A model generated the notes under the pieces. The model was not told the origin of the DNA. It did no database searches and saw only the letters and a list, made by a program, of their open reading frames with translations. The position numbers were made by a program, and so were the translations under genes. A stretch of DNA of 64,000 nucleotides. Source: Clostridia bacterium (lineage in GTDB: Bacteria; Bacillota; Clostridia; Christensenellales; Aristaeellaceae). The stretch lies in the NCBI GenBank assembly GCA_017519405.1, contig JAFWSH010000006.1, positions 9,284 to 73,283 of the forward strand, written 5' to 3'. Shown here piece by piece: positions 49,326 through 56,940 of the stretch (the first letter of the stretch is position 1; the number at the start of each line of letters is the position of its first letter).

Positions 49326-49762
49326 GTTTTTTCCGTCTCCTTCCTGCCAGTGGGAGTGGCGTTTCGATTGAGCAGCTTCAGTAAAATATCCTGATGTACG
49401 CCTTGCAAAATGAACTTGGAAATCAGATTGCTGTCGGTGTTACGGGCAACAAGTACATGCTTCCGGTATTCGTCCTCAAAGTCGGGATCATCGAGTGAGG
49501 GCAGTTCATCGCAGACACGGCGATTCCGCAGATACCTCTTGGCCTTCCGGTCAAACCCTCTCAGATACTGCATGAGCATCCTGGACTTTTCCAGACTTTT
49601 TAGCTGGTCTGGATGTGCCATACGAAGGTACAGGTAGTGCAAGGTGCCGTATTCGCTAATTCCTTTAAGCTCGGGCAGTTCAGGGCTGTAGGGAATGTAG
49701 ATGCTTCCGCAGAGGCGGTAGTTGATGCCGTTGATGGTGACGTTCTTCTTCATTTTCGTCAT
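49322..49762 (-). CDS. Hypothetical 146-aa protein, distantly TnpV-like N-terminal pattern
   Basis: AAGGAG 9 nt before ATG 49762. INGINYRLCGSIYIPYSPELPELKGISEYGTLHYLYLRMAHPDQLKSLEKSRMLMQYL loosely parallels the TnpV G.YY.PDL....KP.G..G....YL....P pattern. Confidence 0.55.
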   Translation of the reverse strand: MTKMKKNVTINGINYRLCGSIYIPYSPELPELKGISEYGTLHYLYLRMAHPDQLKSLEKSRMLMQYLRGFDRKAKRYLRNRRVCDELPSLDDPDFEDEYRKHVLVARNTDSNLISKFILQGVHQDILLKLLNRNATPTGRKETEKT

Positions 49763-49851
49763 GTTGATCTCTCCTTGTGTTTATGGGAATGGAAAAGCCG
49801 CCTCCGAAGAAGCGGCTGGGTGACAAAGTGGGTGTTAAACCGGGTGATAAA

Positions 49852-50154
49852 TCAGGCTGTGATGAAGTCCAGCACTCTGTACAGCAGGTCGGCGGCTTTG
49901 CCGATGATCCAGCTGGCAAGGTGCGGTGCTGCCAAAAGGAACAGGCCCAGGCCCAGACATTGATACGCCATTGCCGATGGAGCACCGGCAATCCACTCGA
50001 TGGCGGCACCAAAAATGAACAGCCCTGCGACCAGGTTTGTGACCATAGAACCGATCCCGATCACGATGGCACAGGCCGCATGACACAGGAACAGTGCCAG
50101 GGCCGCGGGCATGGCAATCAGCTTCAACGGCAGTCTGATGATGCGTCTGATCAT
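49852..50154 (-). CDS. Small integral membrane protein, paralog of 9813-10103
   Basis: AGGAGG 7 nt before ATG 50154. MIRRIIRLPLKLIAMPAALALFLCHAACAIVIGIGSMVTNLVAGLFIFGAAIEWIAGAP... The longer 137-aa track ORF has no SD. Confidence 0.65.
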   Translation of the reverse strand: MIRRIIRLPLKLIAMPAALALFLCHAACAIVIGIGSMVTNLVAGLFIFGAAIEWIAGAPSAMAYQCLGLGLFLLAAPHLASWIIGKAADLLYRVLDFITA

Positions 50155-50294
50155 AGTCGGCACCTCCTGCATCCATTCTTTGTGCAAAACTCCAGTCTTG
50201 AGTCTATCCGTTTCTGCTCCGGGCGGGCAACGGTGATCTTGCCCACCCGGAGTATCGGTTCCCAAAGGTCTGGTCTGGAACTTACTTTTTGAGC

Positions 50295-50708
50295 TCAGAT
50301 GAAGATCAATTCAGCCAGGATGATTTCTTCCGCTCTATTCCTGATGCTGTTCATTCTCCCGACCCACAGCATCTGGTCCTGCGCCTTCATCCTCTCATCA
50401 ACGCCCTCGCTGCACTGCATCTGCCGGATGATGACTTCCAGCCGGGCTTGGGCTTGCTCGTTCAACTCAGCCAAGGTCTGATACAGCTTGCCGGACAGGA
50501 TCAGCCGGGTGTACATTCCGGGCCTGTGCTCCTTCAGGTAGTTCCGATGCATCCGGCCCCATTTCCCGATGGGCTTGGAATCCGCTTCCGGGGCAGTGAG
50601 ATCCGGGAAGTAGTAGTCACCGTGGAGCGTGTAATCCAGTCCGTTCTGATTGTCGTGAATGTGCCGGGGAAGATGGGGATTCATGTTCATACTGGTTTCC
50701 ATAGCCAT
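50295..50708 (-). CDS. tnpV: TnpV-family protein
   Basis: Immediately downstream of the large serine recombinase, as in Tn4451. GDYYFPDLTAPEADSKPIGKWGRMHRNYLKEHRPGMYTRLILSGKLYQTLAELNEQAQARLE. Confidence 0.8.
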   Translation of the reverse strand: MAMETSMNMNPHLPRHIHDNQNGLDYTLHGDYYFPDLTAPEADSKPIGKWGRMHRNYLKEHRPGMYTRLILSGKLYQTLAELNEQAQARLEVIIRQMQCSEGVDERMKAQDQMLWVGRMNSIRNRAEEIILAELIFI

Positions 50709-50726
50709 TCTCCTTTCGCCGTTTGG

Positions 50727-53270
50727 TCATACTGCCTGCTGTGCTGATGGTTTATGCGCTGCGTAGTAGTCTCTTCGGTGAGCAAGATGCTTCTCACGTT
50801 TGGCTGCGGCTATCGGATCGGTGAGGGCTGCTTGGTTGAGCTTTCGCCTGCTCCTGGTGGTTGCTTCGACTTGCTTTGCCCGCTCGGCAGTAAGCCTCTC
50901 CGCCGCAACGGGATCTGTTTCAGCCTGTGCCCGAAGCTCAGCGCGCCGCCGTTTCTGCCGCTCGTTATTCTTACGCTGCTTTTCCCGCTGCTTTGCCTCA
51001 TATTCAGCGGCAAACTCAGGATCATTGGCGGCTCTCTGCTTCTGTCGTTCTGCAAATGCTCTGCCATAGCTGCGTCGGCGTTCTATCTTTTCTTCCAGAT
51101 CTCTGGCTGCTTCAGGATCGGTTTTGGCCCGTTCCGTAAGATCATCCATCTTCGCCTTTGCTCTTGCATTAGCTGCTGCATTCTTCGCTTTGAGCGCCTC
51201 TGCAAATGCAGGATCTGAAGCTGCCTTTTCTTTGGTCTTTGTCCGGTACTGTGCCTGCTTTGCCCTCCCGTAGGCTCTGCGTTTTTCCAGCTCTGCGGCC
51301 GCGGCGGGATCGCTGTCAGCAATCTGGGCAAGCTCTTTCTGACTCATGGATAGGAATGGGTTCGGTGGAACATATGTGCCATTCGCAATGGCTTCCTGCT
51401 TTTTCTCTTCTTGCCGCTTCTGCTGGTAGGCCCGGTTGTATGCCCGCCTCTTTTCCTTTTCCGCTTCGAGCTTCGCAGCGATTTCCGGATCGTGCTCAGC
51501 CTGTTCGATGAGCTCAGCCCTTCTCCGGGCTTTTCGTTCTTTTTCCCTCTGTTTCGACTGCTCGTCCAGGTTACGCTTCCGTTCTGCTTTCTCCGCAGCC
51601 TTTCTTGCCCTGGTCTGGGCGATTTCAAAGGCAATAGCTTCCGGTGCGGGCTGGTAGCTTCCGATGAAGGAGAAGGTGATGTCGATCTGCTGGATGCGTT
51701 CGCCGGTCTTGGTATCGGTCTCGGCTTGATGAACATCGACCCGGTCGATCAGTTCAAAGACCATGTCTTGGGTCAGCTCGTCGAATTCCCGGTATTTGCG
51801 GATGGCTCTGAGGAAACGGTCAGGGTCTGATCTTCCGGCCTTCGTGTCTTCGATCTTTGTCTCCAAAGATGTGATCTTCGATTCCAGATCTTCCTGCTCC
51901 TGGTCATACTGGGCAATCAGTCTGTCCACCTGTCTGGCCGGCATATGGCCAAGCTGCCGATCCTCATAAAGACCGCGAATCAGATTGTCGAGTTCCGCAA
52001 TCCGTTTCCTGGCCGCAGCGAGATCTCTTTTGCTTTCGTTCAGCTCACTGCTGTGCTGTTCAGCCCACTGCTGATTGAGCTTTGTCCTGAAGGATTCTTC
52101 GTCCTCAAGCGCTTCTGCGGCAACAACCTTGAGTGCCAGCCTCACAGCCTCGGTCAGTGCCGTTGCGGAGATGGAGTGGCTGGTGCATTCCTGATAGATA
52201 CTTTTGTAATGCCGGCATCGGAAAGAGTAGTTGTAGTAAGCTCCGTTCGTTTTGTTGCGGATCAGAGCCAGCTTCGCGCCGCAGTCTGGGCAGAAAGCCA
52301 GGCCGAATAACATGTGCGTATGCGTCCCGCTGGGGCTGCGCCTGGTGCATCTCTTCCGCAGCTTCTGAGCCTGATCCCAGATGTCCTGATCGATGATTGC
52401 CTCGTGCGTGTCCGGGAAGAAAAGGCGTTCATCCCGTGTGGTTGGTCGGCGCTTTTTACTGCGGAAGTTGACTCGCACTGACTTACCCAGAATCGTATGG
52501 CCGAGATACTCCTCCCGATCAAGGATTGTGCGGATCGCATGAGGGGACCACAAACATGGATCTATGTACGATCTGCTGTGGACTGCCTCCGGGTGATACT
52601 TGGCGGCATAGGCTGATGGAATCAGAATCTTTTCCTCTGTCAGCATTCTGGCAATACCCGGCGCGTTCATACCCTGAGCGGCCAGTTCAAAGATTCTTCT
52701 GACCACCGCCGCCGCTTCATCATCAACCACAAGGGTCTGCTTGTCTCCCTGAAGCCTGATGTATCCATATGGCACCGAACCGCTGCACCGCAATCCTTCT
52801 GACATTCTGGATTTGAAGATCGCACAGATCTTCCGGCTAGTATCCTTGGCATACCACTCGTTGATCACATTCAGGAACGGGGTAAACTCATTCTCTGTCG
52901 GGTTGTCGCTGTCCACATTGCTGTTGATAGCGATGAATCGGACACCTTTCTCAGGAAAGTGGATCTCAGTGTAAAGGCCGACTTCCAGATAGTTTCTTCC
53001 GAATCGGCTCATGTCCTTGACGATCACGGTGCTGATCAGACCGGCATCAATATCGGCCAGCATCTGCATGAAGCCAGGTCGGTTGAAGTTAGTGCCGGTG
53101 TAGCCATCATCGGAATAGTGCCGAATGTTCGTGAAACCATGCTGCCTCGCGTAGTCTTCCAGATACCTCTTCTGGTTCTGAATCGAGTTGCTTTCCCCGG
53201 CAGAGTCATCATCTCTGGAAAGCCGCTCATATAACGCTGTAATGCCGCTTTCTCGCTTGGTTTGGTTCAT
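50727..53270 (-). CDS. tnpX: Large serine recombinase (TnpX-like) with a 255-aa repetitive basic C-terminal tail
   Basis: GGGGGTG 7 nt before ATG 53270. Resolvase domain ITALYERLSRDDD (catalytic Ser), IVKDMSRFGRNY. Recombinase domain. Zn-ribbon CPDCGAKL...FRCRHY. Coiled-coil/DUF4368-like region. Then seven DP..AA-type repeats (50730-51494). Confidence 0.9.
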   Translation of the reverse strand: MNQTKRESGITALYERLSRDDDSAGESNSIQNQKRYLEDYARQHGFTNIRHYSDDGYTGTNFNRPGFMQMLADIDAGLISTVIVKDMSRFGRNYLEVGLYTEIHFPEKGVRFIAINSNVDSDNPTENEFTPFLNVINEWYAKDTSRKICAIFKSRMSEGLRCSGSVPYGYIRLQGDKQTLVVDDEAAAVVRRIFELAAQGMNAPGIARMLTEEKILIPSAYAAKYHPEAVHSRSYIDPCLWSPHAIRTILDREEYLGHTILGKSVRVNFRSKKRRPTTRDERLFFPDTHEAIIDQDIWDQAQKLRKRCTRRSPSGTHTHMLFGLAFCPDCGAKLALIRNKTNGAYYNYSFRCRHYKSIYQECTSHSISATALTEAVRLALKVVAAEALEDEESFRTKLNQQWAEQHSSELNESKRDLAAARKRIAELDNLIRGLYEDRQLGHMPARQVDRLIAQYDQEQEDLESKITSLETKIEDTKAGRSDPDRFLRAIRKYREFDELTQDMVFELIDRVDVHQAETDTKTGERIQQIDITFSFIGSYQPAPEAIAFEIAQTRARKAAEKAERKRNLDEQSKQREKERKARRRAELIEQAEHDPEIAAKLEAEKEKRRAYNRAYQQKRQEEKKQEAIANGTYVPPNPFLSMSQKELAQIADSDPAAAAELEKRRAYGRAKQAQYRTKTKEKAASDPAFAEALKAKNAAANARAKAKMDDLTERAKTDPEAARDLEEKIERRRSYGRAFAERQKQRAANDPEFAAEYEAKQREKQRKNNERQKRRRAELRAQAETDPVAAERLTAERAKQVEATTRSRRKLNQAALTDPIAAAKREKHLAHRRDYYAAHKPSAQQAV

Positions 53271-53354
53271 ATGTTTTCACCCCCTTCCTTCGCTTACAAA
53301 CCCTGTAGCCGCTGTTTACAAACGTCCGGCACATGGACAGCTTACCAGATTCTG

Positions 53355-53894
53355 CCCCTTCGGGTCGGTCACCACAATGGAAGTGCCTTTCGTCTTCGTG
53401 CACTGCATGATGTTCGGCTTGATGAAGAACCGCGTTTTGCCGGAGCCGGAACCGCCCACAACCAGCACGTTCTTGTTCCGGGCGTTCCGGGGATCCTTGG
53501 GGCGGCTGCGCATGGTCAGGCTTTCCGTCTTCGTCAGGATGATGTTGTTCCACGGATCCGGATCGATAAACGGCGCGATGTCCGCGTGCGTGCCCCAGCG
53601 GGCGGAGCCGTACTCGATGTTGTGCCGGTACTTCTTGGCGTTCTTGCCCTTCTGGTAGACAGCGAACCGGAGCAGACCCCCGACCAGCAGCCCGACCAGC
53701 AGATCAACGGGATGGAAGCTGGGCAGCAGGGACTGAAAGGCCGCCGAGAAGCCGTCCAGCAGATGCAGCAGCTTCTGGGAGGCGTCCGCGCCTTCCGCCA
53801 GCCGCCAGGCCTCGCCAAGCTTTGTGGCATAGAGGCCGATCAGGACATAGGGCAGATTCAGGATCAGCTGCTTTTTGAGCCGCTGTGTGTTCAT
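53355..53894 (-). pseudogene. virD4: VirD4/TraG-type coupling protein, N-terminal 180 codons (TM region + Walker A), severed by the nested transposon
   Basis: MNTQRLKKQLILNLPYVLIGLYATKLG..(two TM)..NVLVVGGSGSGKTRFFIKPNIMQC...SIVVTDPKG, then 12 transposon-derived codons (QNLVSCPCAGRL) and stop at 53316. ATG overlaps the pcfB stop (ATGA). Confidence 0.85.
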
Positions 53895-54397
53895 CGCTGC
53901 TGTCCTCTCTCCCTGGTCCGGTGCCGTCTCCTGTCGGGGCTCAGCTCGCCCAGCGGATCCACCACGGCCTCGATGGGCGCGCGCGTCCTGCGATGCTTTC
54001 TCGCGAACTCCGCTGCGTAGGCAGCCATTGCCTGATCGATAGCCGCCCGGTCACGGGCTTTGAAGAACAGCATGTACCGCTGCTTTCCGTCCGGTGAGAC
54101 GCCTTTTTTGATGGCATAGTCCACGCCGTACTGTTTGGCGATGCGGTCAAACCTTCTTACCTCGGCCTTGTCCGCCAGCTCGGTTTTCTCCACGCCCTGA
54201 TTCTGTTCAATGAGCTCCCTGACGGTCTGCTTGCCCTGAGGCTTGACGTCCTGGCGCTCCTTATGCTCCTTCATCTTGTTTCTCGAATAATTGAGAAACT
54301 TCGTAAAGGCGGCGGCCAGGGTCCGAGCGGTCAGCTTGCTGGAATTGATGATCAGCGTGACCGATTTGTTTTCAAGATCTTCCTGCGTGATGATCAC
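53891..54397 (-). CDS. PcfB-family (DUF3801) protein
   Basis: SVTLIINSSKLTARTLAAAFTKFLN...GKQTVRELIEQNQGVEKTELADKAEVRRFDRIAKQYGVDYAIKK......YMLFFKARDRAAIDQAM is the typical PcfB family. Only a GTG start abutting GGGAGG is available, so the start is uncertain. Confidence 0.75.
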   Translation of the reverse strand: MIITQEDLENKSVTLIINSSKLTARTLAAAFTKFLNYSRNKMKEHKERQDVKPQGKQTVRELIEQNQGVEKTELADKAEVRRFDRIAKQYGVDYAIKKGVSPDGKQRYMLFFKARDRAAIDQAMAAYAAEFARKHRRTRAPIEAVVDPLGELSPDRRRHRTRERGQQR

Positions 54398-54404
54398 CTC
54401 CCGG

Positions 54405-54448
54405 TGAAGGAAAGGACCCGGGGACGCTTATCCGGCATCCCCGGGTCC
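54405..54448 (-). terminator. Rho-independent terminator candidate after the 788-aa surface-protein gene
   Basis: GGACCCGGGGA (54414-54424) pairs with TCCCCGGGTCC (54438-54448). On the minus strand it is followed by TTTCCTTC. Confidence 0.55.
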
Positions 54449-54490
54449 GGAAGAAACCGCTTTTCAACGGTTCCTTCGGGAACTGCGCTG

Positions 54491-56857
54491 TCACGACGCC
54501 TTCCGCCGGCGACGGCGGCGCACCAGGCCGACGATCCCGCTGGTGACCATCACGGCGAGGCCCACCCACATGATGCCGGTAACCGCCAGGTGCACGCCAG
54601 TCTGGATCGTGGTGTAGTTGACCAGCCTCCGCATCTGTTCCGGAACGGCGTAGTACGCGTCCAGCTTGACCCTGATGACCTCTCCGGTCACGGTAAAGCC
54701 TTCCAGGGTCTCCGTTTCCCGGATCACATAGGTGCCGGGCTTCAGGCTGGTGAAGCGGACAATGCCGTCCTTGTCGGACTCCGCGGTGCCCAGCTCCTTG
54801 CCGCTCTCGTCCTCCAGACGGAACTTCACGCCGGCCAGGGGCTGACCAGAGCTGTCCGTCTTGATGAACTCGTAGTGGTCGGGAATGTTCACGCACAGAA
54901 TCGGCTTGGGCTCTGTCCAGCCGTCACCCACACGGAAACGGACGTCCTCCATGCGGCTGTAGCCCTCAGGGGCAGCCGTTTCCCGGATGATCCACTCGCC
55001 ATAGTCAAACCGGTGGAAGGTAAACACGCCGTCAGCGTCGCTGACCGCGGTTTCCACCTTTTCCATGGTGGTCGCGTTCCAGAGCGTGAACTCCACGCCC
55101 GGCAGGGGCTTGCCGGAGGGATCGGACTTGATGCACATGATCTTCTTCTCCGGGTTCACCACCGTCGCGGCGGGCTCCTCAGCGTTGGCATAGCCCTCGT
55201 CAATGCTCAGGCTGATCACCTCATGGGTCATCAGGTAACCTTCCGGAGCGGAAAGCTCCCGGATGGTGTACTTGCCATAGTCAGCGCCGATGAAGCGGGC
55301 CAGGCCTTGCGCGTCAGAGACAGCGGTCATGACCAGCCGGCCTTTGCTGTCATACAGCCCGAACTCCGCGCCCTGCAGGGGTGTGCCGTTCTGGTCGGTT
55401 TTCCGGATCAGGATCACGGACTGGACGTTCACCAGCGTGGCCACAGGCTTCTTCGGATTGACGAAGGTGCCGTCCACCGTGATGGGCACCACCGTAGCGT
55501 TCAGCAGATAGCCGGGCAGCGCTTTGGTTTCCCGGATCTCATACTGGCCATACGGAATCTTTTCAAAGACAGCCAGGCCATCCTCACCGGTGACGGCTTT
55601 CGCCTGCAGGGTACCGTCCTGCCTGAAGAGGCCGAACTCTACGCCGGCGAGAGGACGATGCTTTTCGTCCTCCTTCCGGATGCTGAACCGGGTATAGTCA
55701 TCCGCGACCGCCGTCTTTCCGACGATCTTGCCGTCCTGGCTGATGGAGAAGGACAGCTCTGTCACAGACAGCTCATAGCCCTCCGGAGCCAGGACTTCCC
55801 GGTAGGTATAGGAACCGGGCACCGCGGGGAACGCGGGCAGATAACCGTCCTCACCGGTATAGCCCTTCAGCACAATGGTTCCGTCGCTGTTTCTGATCTC
55901 GATCAGGGTGTGCGGCAGGTAATCCGATCCGGTCAGGTCGGTCTTGGAAACCCTGACTTCCGCGTGAATCAGACGGTTCAGGACAGGCTGCTCAAAGGCC
56001 AGCCGCATTTCGCCATCCTGGATCTGCGTGTCCGCCGGGAGGCTGAACACGCGGGGATTGGGATTCAGCGTCCAGCCCTCAGGGCCGGAGAGCTCCCGTA
56101 CCTCATACGTTCCCGCCGGGAAGCGGCCATAGAAGGAAACCGCGCCGTTCTTGTCCGAGATAGCAGTGGACATCAGGGAACCGGCGTTCAGGGAACCGGA
56201 CCTGCTGTTCAGCTGATCCATGCAGAAGAGGCCGAACACAAAGCCCTCGCCGGGCTCAATCGCCAGCGTGGTGGTGACCATGCCGTCCGCGTCAGTCACG
56301 GTGGACAGGACTTCCTTTTCCTTCTTCAGGCTGATCCTTGCCGGCATGAGTTCGTTGCTGGCCGCCAGGGTGACCGTGAGCACCGGCGTCTCATGATCCC
56401 GCGCATCCAGCACCACATCAAAGCGGGTGCTGTCAAAGGCATAGCCATCCGGTGCGGAGACCTCGGTCACATAGTAGTGGCCCAGGGGCAGGAGCTTGCT
56501 CTGATCCGTCTTCTCACCGGTGGTGACAATGGTATCGGCCATATCACCGGCCCTGAACCATACCGTGCCGTCCTTGCCGACGATGTCTTCCACGGCGCGC
56601 ACCTCAAACACGGCCCCTTCCAGATACCCTGTCCCGTAGATCGGCGTGTACACCAGATTCCCGAAGGGATCCTGATGCTCGTTGAAGCCCGTCAGGACAG
56701 GCCCCTGCTTCTCAATCTGGATCAGGCCCTTCACCGGCGTGTTGGTGATCGCGATTTCCGCCGTGCCCGCCTCAGCGAAGGCCATGGCGGGGATGGTGAG
56801 CAGCAGCAGGAGCAGAGCAATCAGGAGGACCGGCGTCTTGTTTTTTGTGATATACAT
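54491..56857 (-). CDS. Sortase-anchored surface protein built of Cna-B/SpaA-type (prealbumin-like fold) repeats
   Basis: Signal peptide MYITKNKTPVLLIALLLLLLTIPAMAFA. Repeated units of type G(A/V)(E/V)F.L......(V/A)......(S/T)D..G...F..(L/I).(P/Y)G.Y.(I/V)(R/T)E..AP.GY. C-terminal sorting signal TIQTG + hydrophobic VHLAVTGIMWVGLAVMVTSGIVGLV + RRRRRRK. Confidence 0.8.
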   Translation of the reverse strand: MYITKNKTPVLLIALLLLLLTIPAMAFAEAGTAEIAITNTPVKGLIQIEKQGPVLTGFNEHQDPFGNLVYTPIYGTGYLEGAVFEVRAVEDIVGKDGTVWFRAGDMADTIVTTGEKTDQSKLLPLGHYYVTEVSAPDGYAFDSTRFDVVLDARDHETPVLTVTLAASNELMPARISLKKEKEVLSTVTDADGMVTTTLAIEPGEGFVFGLFCMDQLNSRSGSLNAGSLMSTAISDKNGAVSFYGRFPAGTYEVRELSGPEGWTLNPNPRVFSLPADTQIQDGEMRLAFEQPVLNRLIHAEVRVSKTDLTGSDYLPHTLIEIRNSDGTIVLKGYTGEDGYLPAFPAVPGSYTYREVLAPEGYELSVTELSFSISQDGKIVGKTAVADDYTRFSIRKEDEKHRPLAGVEFGLFRQDGTLQAKAVTGEDGLAVFEKIPYGQYEIRETKALPGYLLNATVVPITVDGTFVNPKKPVATLVNVQSVILIRKTDQNGTPLQGAEFGLYDSKGRLVMTAVSDAQGLARFIGADYGKYTIRELSAPEGYLMTHEVISLSIDEGYANAEEPAATVVNPEKKIMCIKSDPSGKPLPGVEFTLWNATTMEKVETAVSDADGVFTFHRFDYGEWIIRETAAPEGYSRMEDVRFRVGDGWTEPKPILCVNIPDHYEFIKTDSSGQPLAGVKFRLEDESGKELGTAESDKDGIVRFTSLKPGTYVIRETETLEGFTVTGEVIRVKLDAYYAVPEQMRRLVNYTTIQTGVHLAVTGIMWVGLAVMVTSGIVGLVRRRRRRKAS

Positions 56858-56940
56858 CCGTTATACCTCATTTCTCTGTCGGCATGGAACGAAAAGGGGC
56901 AGCGGAGAAGCCCGCTGCCCGTAACGTTCCATGCGCCGGG

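Larger units (their letters stand above)
35598..53354 (-). mobile_element. Tn4451/Tn4453-like mobilisable transposon (17,766 bp repeat-to-repeat) inserted in the ICE coupling-protein gene
   Basis: Flanked by the two halves of one T4CP gene. Both junctions retain the Pro-Lys-Gly codons (minus sense CCCAAAGGG at 35589-35597, CCGAAGGGG at 53355-53363). Backbone order tnpX-tnpV...relaxase-tnpW mirrors Tn4451. The exact crossover lies within the 9-mer. Confidence 0.85.

Noticed and set aside
53316-53354. Treating the 192-aa ORF 53316-53894 as an intact small gene
   Set aside because: Its last 12 codons (QNLVSCPCAGRL) are transposon end sequence with no homology to T4CPs, and the rest is only the N-terminal third of a coupling protein. 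It is a truncated fragment, not a bona fide short gene.
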